From positions 1 to 19,395 of the forward strand of contig JBMNQN010000017.1 of NCBI GenBank assembly GCA_050944155.1: 19,395 nucleotides of DNA, written 5' to 3'. Of the stretch, positions 10,691 through 16,700 are shown one piece after another. The stretch's first letter is position 1. The number at the start of each line of letters is the position of its first letter. Made by a program: the position numbers and the translations under genes. The DNA is from Candidatus Methanomethylophilaceae archaeon (lineage in GTDB: Archaea; Thermoplasmatota; Thermoplasmata; Methanomassiliicoccales; Methanomethylophilaceae). The notes under the pieces were generated by a model. It searched no databases. It saw only the letters and a list, made by a program, of their open reading frames with translations, and had not been told where the DNA came from.

Positions 10691-11476
10691 ATGGCGTCCG
10701 TACATCCTCTGGACAGAAAAGACCTGCCCGAAGGAACCAGGAATCTTTTCTGGGACGTTTTCGCCGGTACCTACTCGGCGGAACAGCAGGGGGACATGCC
10801 CGAAAAAATAATAGACTGGCTCTTTGAAATCGGAGCCGTTTCGGAAGATAGAGAAATATTGGAAGTGGGAAGCGGTCCGGGAACCTATTCTTTCGGTTTG
10901 GCCGAACGCTCGAAAACCGTATGGTGCCTCGATTCTTCGGAAAAAATGCTTGACCGCCTGTTCGTCGGAGCGGAAAAAACCGGCGTGAAAAATCTGAGAA
11001 GGATGGATGCGGACTGGAACGCTTTCGTGCCGAAAAGAAAATGGGATTCCGTCATCTCCACTCTGTGCTCCGGGATCGGCTCCCCCGAATCGCTGAAGCG
11101 CATGGAATCCTGTTCTTCTGAATACTGCGTCATAGTTTCGTGGATAAGAAACCACGGAGACGATCTGCAGTCCGAAATCTGGTCCGAGCTGGGTGAAGAA
11201 TATTCTTACAGAAGGAGAAGCACGGACGGCATAACCGAAAAACTGAGAGCGGGGGGAAGAGCCCCCTTTTACAAAGATTTCCGGTCTGAAGTTTCGATCG
11301 AACTTCCCGTGAACGAGATGGTAGGAAGACAGACCCGCACCTTTTCCGTGTTCGGTCTCGAGGCCGAAGCGGAAAAGGCCGCGGAAAAAATACTTTCGGA
11401 AAAGTTTCCCGACGGAATATACAGAATGCGCGCCGAGAACGGAATAAGGACAACCGTATGGAAGCCGATTGAGTGA
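10691..11476 (+). CDS. Class I SAM-dependent methyltransferase, substrate unknown
   Basis: Motif I ILEVGSGPG, acidic residue at the end of beta-2 (VWCLDSSEKML), and WDSVIS. Starts 1 nt after the thiC stop. Confidence 0.88.
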   Translation: MASVHPLDRKDLPEGTRNLFWDVFAGTYSAEQQGDMPEKIIDWLFEIGAVSEDREILEVGSGPGTYSFGLAERSKTVWCLDSSEKMLDRLFVGAEKTGVKNLRRMDADWNAFVPKRKWDSVISTLCSGIGSPESLKRMESCSSEYCVIVSWIRNHGDDLQSEIWSELGEEYSYRRRSTDGITEKLRAGGRAPFYKDFRSEVSIELPVNEMVGRQTRTFSVFGLEAEAEKAAEKILSEKFPDGIYRMRAENGIRTTVWKPIE

Positions 11477-11477
11477 G

Positions 11478-11552
11478 TGGAGCCACTGGAGGGAATCGAA
11501 CCCCCGGCCTACGGTTTACGAAACCGCCGCTCTACCGCTGAGCCACAGTGGC
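11478..11552 (-). tRNA. tRNA-Thr (anticodon CGT), CCA encoded, no intron
   Basis: Acceptor GCCACTG/CAGTGGC, anticodon arm GCGGT-TTCGTAA-ACCGT, T-loop TTCGATT, discriminator T then CCA; 75 nt. Confidence 0.97.
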
Positions 11553-11577
11553 GTTTAGAGCGCAAATAGCGTACAGG

Positions 11578-11584
11578 TTTTAAA
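11578..11584 (-). promoter_or_regulatory. TATA box of tRNA-Thr
   Basis: TTTAAAA on the minus strand about 25 nt upstream of the tRNA, the same spacing as for tRNA-Phe. Confidence 0.65.
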
Positions 11585-11621
11585 TGTTTACACAGCGCCA
11601 CCCGAACTCTGCGGACGTCTT

Positions 11622-12428
11622 TCAGTTCCTGCGGTACCTGGGAAACATGTCTCTGAAAACCACGGCATCCGCCGAAATTCTCGGAGATTCGCATATGAAC
11701 GTACAATCCCTGTCGGAATCGGAAAGCACGTTGGCCAGAAGCTGCATGTCCGGGTCTTTTGCTTCCAAAGGCAGATGGTTTTTCTCGCCTTTCGGGCCGT
11801 ATTCTATGCAGCTTATGTGGAAATGGGGCCTGTCTCCGCTGAGTTCGAAGAAACGGTCGGTGAGTTTTCTCATGTCGTCTTCGGTTTTCAGAAATCCGCC
11901 GCCCCTTGCGTGAACGTGGGCAACATCCAGAACCGGTCTTACATCGACGGATTCCATCACTTTCTCGATTTCGTCGAGAGTGCCGAACTGTCCGGATTTT
12001 CCCATGGTTTCCACTCCCAGGATAACGTCTATTCCTTCGTTGTCCAGGTTGTCTCTGCACACGGTGAGACCTTCTATCACCGAATCCAGAGCCGTCTCCG
12101 GGCTTTTGCCGTACGATGCCGCGTGTATGACGATTATGTACGCTCCCAGGTGATGGGCGGCGCGGGCCGTGTCCATGACCCAGCCTACGCTTTTTTCCCT
12201 GGTTTCCTGCGACTCGGAATTGAAACTGACGAAATACGGAGCGTGGCAGGACAGCCTTATTCCGAGTTTTTTGGCCGCTTCTCCTATTGTCGCCGCCCGC
12301 TCTTCCGAAATCCTTGCTCCCCGTACGAATTCCACTTCCAGGGCATCGAGACCCAGTGATTTCGTGTATTCCAGGGAACCAATCGGATTCTTGCCTTCAG
12401 GCGGGTATCCCGCCGGTCCGAACCTCAT
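11622..12428 (-). CDS. nfo: Endonuclease IV (archaeal-type AP endonuclease, TIM barrel)
   Basis: Metal-ligand motifs HAPYFVS, VIHAA, ETMGKSGQFG, DVAHVHA, HFHIS, GEKNH and ICESP. Archaeal-style MRFGPAG N-terminus. Confidence 0.88.
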   Translation of the reverse strand: MRFGPAGYPPEGKNPIGSLEYTKSLGLDALEVEFVRGARISEERAATIGEAAKKLGIRLSCHAPYFVSFNSESQETREKSVGWVMDTARAAHHLGAYIIVIHAASYGKSPETALDSVIEGLTVCRDNLDNEGIDVILGVETMGKSGQFGTLDEIEKVMESVDVRPVLDVAHVHARGGGFLKTEDDMRKLTDRFFELSGDRPHFHISCIEYGPKGEKNHLPLEAKDPDMQLLANVLSDSDRDCTFICESPRISADAVVFRDMFPRYRRN

Positions 12429-12449
12429 GGAATTCTTAACGGCGTAACC

Positions 12450-12482
12450 TTATTTACCCTTGTCGCGGAACAGAATTATTAT
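12450..12482. promoter_or_regulatory. Back-to-back TATA-like boxes for nfo (-) and ogg (+)
   Basis: TAAATAA (minus strand, 12450-12456) and TTATTAT (plus strand, 12476-12482), each about 21-22 nt before its ATG. No SD is visible, which suggests leaderless mRNAs. Confidence 0.5.
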
Positions 12483-12504
12483 CTCCCCGCACGTTCACGG
12501 AATC

Positions 12505-13302
12505 ATGGAAATAAGCATGGACGTGTCCCTGGATCCGACTCTGGGCTGCGGGCAGGCCCACCGCTGGAAAAAAGACGGCGACGTGTGGAAGGGCGTCCTA
12601 GGAAAAGAAAAGGTCGAAATCAGGGAAACCGAAGACGGCATAGATTTCAGGGGATGCGGAGAACAGCGCATAAAAGACTACTTCCGTTACGAAGACGACC
12701 TGGGTTCCATATACTCTGAAATCTCGGAGCGGGACGGGTACGCGGGCATGCTTGCCGGCAAATGCAGAGGACTGAGACTCCTAAGGCAGGACATCTGGGA
12801 ATGTACCGCAACCTATGTGCTGGCAACGAACGCCAACGTGAAGAGAATCGGAAAAATGGTCGAATCGGTATGCCGTATGTACGGGGACGACCTGGGAGGA
12901 GCATATTCGTTTCCGGAACCCGGGCAGATACTCGACGGGAAGGAAAGCATATCCAAATGCCGCCTCGGCTACCGTCAGGAACGTTTCCTGGAATTGGCGG
13001 AAAAGACGGAAAACGGGACGTACGACCTGGAATCCCTCAGGGACGCGGATTACGAAAAATGCGTGAGAGAATTGAAAAAAATCAAGGGTATAGGGCCTAA
13101 GGTGGCGGACTGTGTGGCACTGTTCGCCTACGGACATCTCGAAGCCTTTCCCGTGGACGCGAGAATCTTCGGAATAATGGAAAAACAATACGGCGTGACG
13201 GGAAACTATTCCCGGGTATCGGAGTACGGAAGAAACCTTTTCGGAAAATGCGCCGGATATGCCCAGGAACTTCTGTATCACTCTTCGAGCATTCTTCTGT
13301 GA
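12505..13302 (+). CDS. ogg: 8-oxoguanine DNA glycosylase/AP lyase, OGG1-type (HhH-GPD)
   Basis: OGG N-terminal motif TLGCGQAHRW, GLRLLRQD, HhH LKKIKGIGPKVADC with catalytic Lys, FPVD with catalytic Asp, and C-terminal AGYAQELLY. ATG 12505 is preferred over TTG 12460. Confidence 0.88.
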   Translation: MEISMDVSLDPTLGCGQAHRWKKDGDVWKGVLGKEKVEIRETEDGIDFRGCGEQRIKDYFRYEDDLGSIYSEISERDGYAGMLAGKCRGLRLLRQDIWECTATYVLATNANVKRIGKMVESVCRMYGDDLGGAYSFPEPGQILDGKESISKCRLGYRQERFLELAEKTENGTYDLESLRDADYEKCVRELKKIKGIGPKVADCVALFAYGHLEAFPVDARIFGIMEKQYGVTGNYSRVSEYGRNLFGKCAGYAQELLYHSSSILL

Positions 13303-13679
13303 ATCTCTTCGTCGGCCGCCGTGCAGTTGGGTGCGGGATATCCGGTATATTCCTGATAGATGTTGCAGAGGATTCCTTTGCTTTTGATGATGCAGCAGAG
13401 TCTGCACATTTCCGACGAGAAGTCGGAACGGCCGTTTGCGAGTTTGTCCGCGGACACCTTGATCTCTTCCATGAACTCGTCGTAGCCTTCGCTGTTTTCG
13501 ATGATGGGGTTCTCTCCGCGTTTTTTCTTAAGGTATTGGGAAATCGCGGCGTCGGTTACGCCGAACTTCCTGGCAACCTGTGCCTGGGTCATTCCGTGAC
13601 CGTTGACCAGCTCTCTTGCGATTTCCTTGCGTATAGTGGGCAGTACGTACCATACAACAATCTCGCACGGAATCTTCAT
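13278..13679 (-). CDS. Archaeal HTH transcriptional regulator (COG2522-like) with Cys-rich C-terminus
   Basis: PCE...LPTIRKEIARELV..GMTQAQVARKFGVTDAAISQY HTH. Cys at positions 5, 92, 95, 96, 105 and 119. Confidence 0.85.
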   Translation of the reverse strand: MKIPCEIVVWYVLPTIRKEIARELVNGHGMTQAQVARKFGVTDAAISQYLKKKRGENPIIENSEGYDEFMEEIKVSADKLANGRSDFSSEMCRLCCIIKSKGILCNIYQEYTGYPAPNCTAADEEIHRRMLEE

Positions 13680-13705
13680 GGACTTAACGATAGTTTCATC
13701 CGTAT

Positions 13706-16700
13706 TTATCGCTTGCTAGACGCGGCTCCCGGATTCGATTTGAGATAGAACTCGATTGCGTCCCAATCTTCGTCTTCGTCTTCGTATTTCTTACGCTCCA
13801 GGGACACGCCCAAAGCCTTCGCGGAATCCCTGAGGAATCCGAAAGCCTCGTCCGAACCTTCGAAATTCTCTACCTTCGAACCTGCGTAAGTCATCTTTCC
13901 GTCGAACCAGCCTATTATCGAGGGCCCGTCGAAAATGACGCAGGCGGTTCTTCCCGCCTCCCTCTTTATGTGTTCTCTCATGTACATGTGAAGATTGTCC
14001 TGCGTGTTGAGAATGAACATTCCTTCGGCGGGTTTCTGCTCTTTTCCCACGTCGGAAGCCAGCATCCACCTTAACGTGGGATCCCCTTCTATAAAGAATC
14101 CTTTTTTGAGGAATCCTTCTTCTTCCAGGTTTGCCAGCGCCGTCCTTACCTCGGACATTCTGGCACCCGTGAATCTTGACAGATTTTCCGCCGAGAAAAT
14201 ACCCAGATCGCGGAAATGCATCCTTATGACTTCCCTGAAAGCTTCTTCCGGCGACATGTCCGACGGGGGGACCGGTCTGTAATAAGAATCCGAATCCTGA
14301 TACAGCCTGGACATTTTCATCAGAACGTTCAGGCTTTCGGAAGTCGTCTCTTCCGAATAGGGAGAACTGCGTACGGCTTCCCTTTTGGATACGGGTGCCA
14401 GTTCCTTCACCATGGTTTCCGTGGTTTTCAGAATCTCGTCCAATTCCTCGTGTTTCGCCGCCCTGTAAATCGGAGCCGTTTCGGGAACCGTGTATCCTAT
14501 GTAAGGCGGATAAAGAGACATTTTCACGAGTCCGCCTTTTTCGGCTTCCTTCTTCATGGTGGTCTTTTTCTTCACCCTTGTGTAGATTTCCTGATCTCCC
14601 CGTATGTATCCGCGGACGGCGAGAACTCCGGAAACCGTCGGATATTTGTCGGCAATCCTCTGCTTTTCGAAAACGTAGCTGATCATTTCGTCCTGGGTCA
14701 TCGAATAATCTTCGAATTTTCCTTTGGCGTAGAATCCGTTGACGAAACGGTAACCGGCGGCTTTCAGAACGTCTTTTACAGACTCGTCCAGTTCGGAAGC
14801 GTCGACACCCATCACTTCCCTTATGCGGACTATGTCCACGGACTTCATGTTGAAGAATCCCATAAGCGAGTCGGCGGCTTTCAGCGCATCGGGTATCAGT
14901 TCGGGAGAATCCAGGTCGAAAGAGCGGATTTCGATGCATCCGGACATCTCCCAGATTTCCATGGCTCCGACGACGGAATGTCCCATTATCAGCGGATAAA
15001 TCCATCTGTCTCCGTAACGTGCGGAAAGTTCCGCCCATTTGGACGCTATGTCGGGATCGAAAAGGGTGCACAGACGGACCTCGGTATCGCTTTCCCGCAG
15101 GGCTTCGAGCTCCTCCAGCTCGTCGCCGAAAATATACATCTGGGTCTGTGCGTCTCCCACCAGTATTTTTTCGGCTCCTATCTCTTCCATGAGTCCCGTT
15201 ACGTCGTCGGGGGATATTCCCAGAATGAAACGCAGATCCTGACCCGGTATGGGTCCGTAGGCACACACGGCTTTCACCGCAAGGTCGACTATCGGATTGC
15301 CCTCGGGGGGATTAGGACGGAACACTTCGTAACGGTTTTCGGTACCCCAGTCTTCCCTTTCGCCGAAGGACCTTATCACCTTCAGAGAACGGTCCAGACG
15401 GTGTATCGATTCCTTGAGTGCGTCTTTTTCCATGCCGGTGGCGTTCAGCAGCTGGCGCAGGGTCGCGGTTCCCATTCCTTCTATGGTCGCAAGAACCTTT
15501 TCGTCTCCCTCTTCGGTTTCGTCCCACGCCAGGGCGGCGTATCTGTCCGCGTCTTCCGCCAGAACGTAGCGGACGCGTCCGCGCATGAACCTTCCCAGAA
15601 GTATCTCTCCGGAACGTCTCATGTCCTGCCATTCTTTCAGATCGAAATTTCTGACTCTGCTGTAAACGTCTATTTCGCTTCCCGCCGAACCGAAGAATTC
15701 GAAAAATTCCCTTATGGTATCGAATCTGCGTCCCTTCGTAACACGGTATTTCTCCACGTTTTCGAAACTGTAAACGTTCTCCCGTCCGGATCTGAGCCTC
15801 ATCCGGTCTTCTTTCAGCATGTATTGGTCGTTTTCCGAAATCAGGAATCTTCCTTTGGCCACCTCTCCGCTTCCCGTCAGGGATTCCAAAGAGGCCCTTG
15901 CTTCGTCTTCCGTGAGGGAAAGAGCGAACGCGACCTCCCCCGCGGTGGCGGGAGCAAAACATTCCAGATGCCTGAGTATTATGCGGTCGATAGCCGCATT
16001 GCGTCCGGCTTCCGAGGGGGAACGGCGGGAATACAGCCACTTGGAATTGCCGTGAATCGCCGTTCTGGCTATCAGATACATGGATTCCAGTTTTCTGGTC
16101 GAACGGTACACTATGTCTTCGCTTATGTCCAGGGCTTCGGAAATGTCCTTTATCGGCGTATTCGTGTGTATTTCGTTCAGTACTTTTTCGTCGACTTCGG
16201 TCAGTTCGCGTTTTTTGACCGTGGCCGCGGCATAGTACGGTATCTCCTCCGCCACCATGATGTACGGGTCGTCCATGTACACCGAACCTATGCTCCCGTC
16301 GGCCAGAAGTTCTTTGATCCACCCGTCCACGGTCTTTCTGTCCTGGTCGGAGTAGGCGTAAACGTTTCTCCCCCTCTCCCTCAGAGCCTGCAGGGGTCCA
16401 GTGCGCATAAGCATCGGTACGATGTCGTTTTTGGACTGTATGCGACCTATTTTTTCCATGAAATAAGGTACGATTCTGTCTTCGGTGAACTCGAATTCCT
16501 TTACCGAATCTCCCAGGGCGCGGTACAGAACCTTGCGGTGGAGTTCCCTCAGAAGCGCAGACCTGTCTTCCATGAGCACCACGTCCGAGAAACTCGAAAT
16601 GATGGCGCTGTGGGCAAACGGAGACGGAGTTTCCGAAGCGGGAATCGTAACCACTTTCATCTTCCCTTCTTCAATCCATCTCAGAACCTGTTCGGCATTG

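Noticed and set aside
9369-13707. Shared AAATACGG upstream of thiC (9369-9376) and the HTH gene (13700-13707, minus strand) as an operator
   Set aside because: It is non-palindromic, also occurs inside coding regions (near 9664 and 12232), and sits at the TATA position, so it is more likely a weak core promoter or chance.
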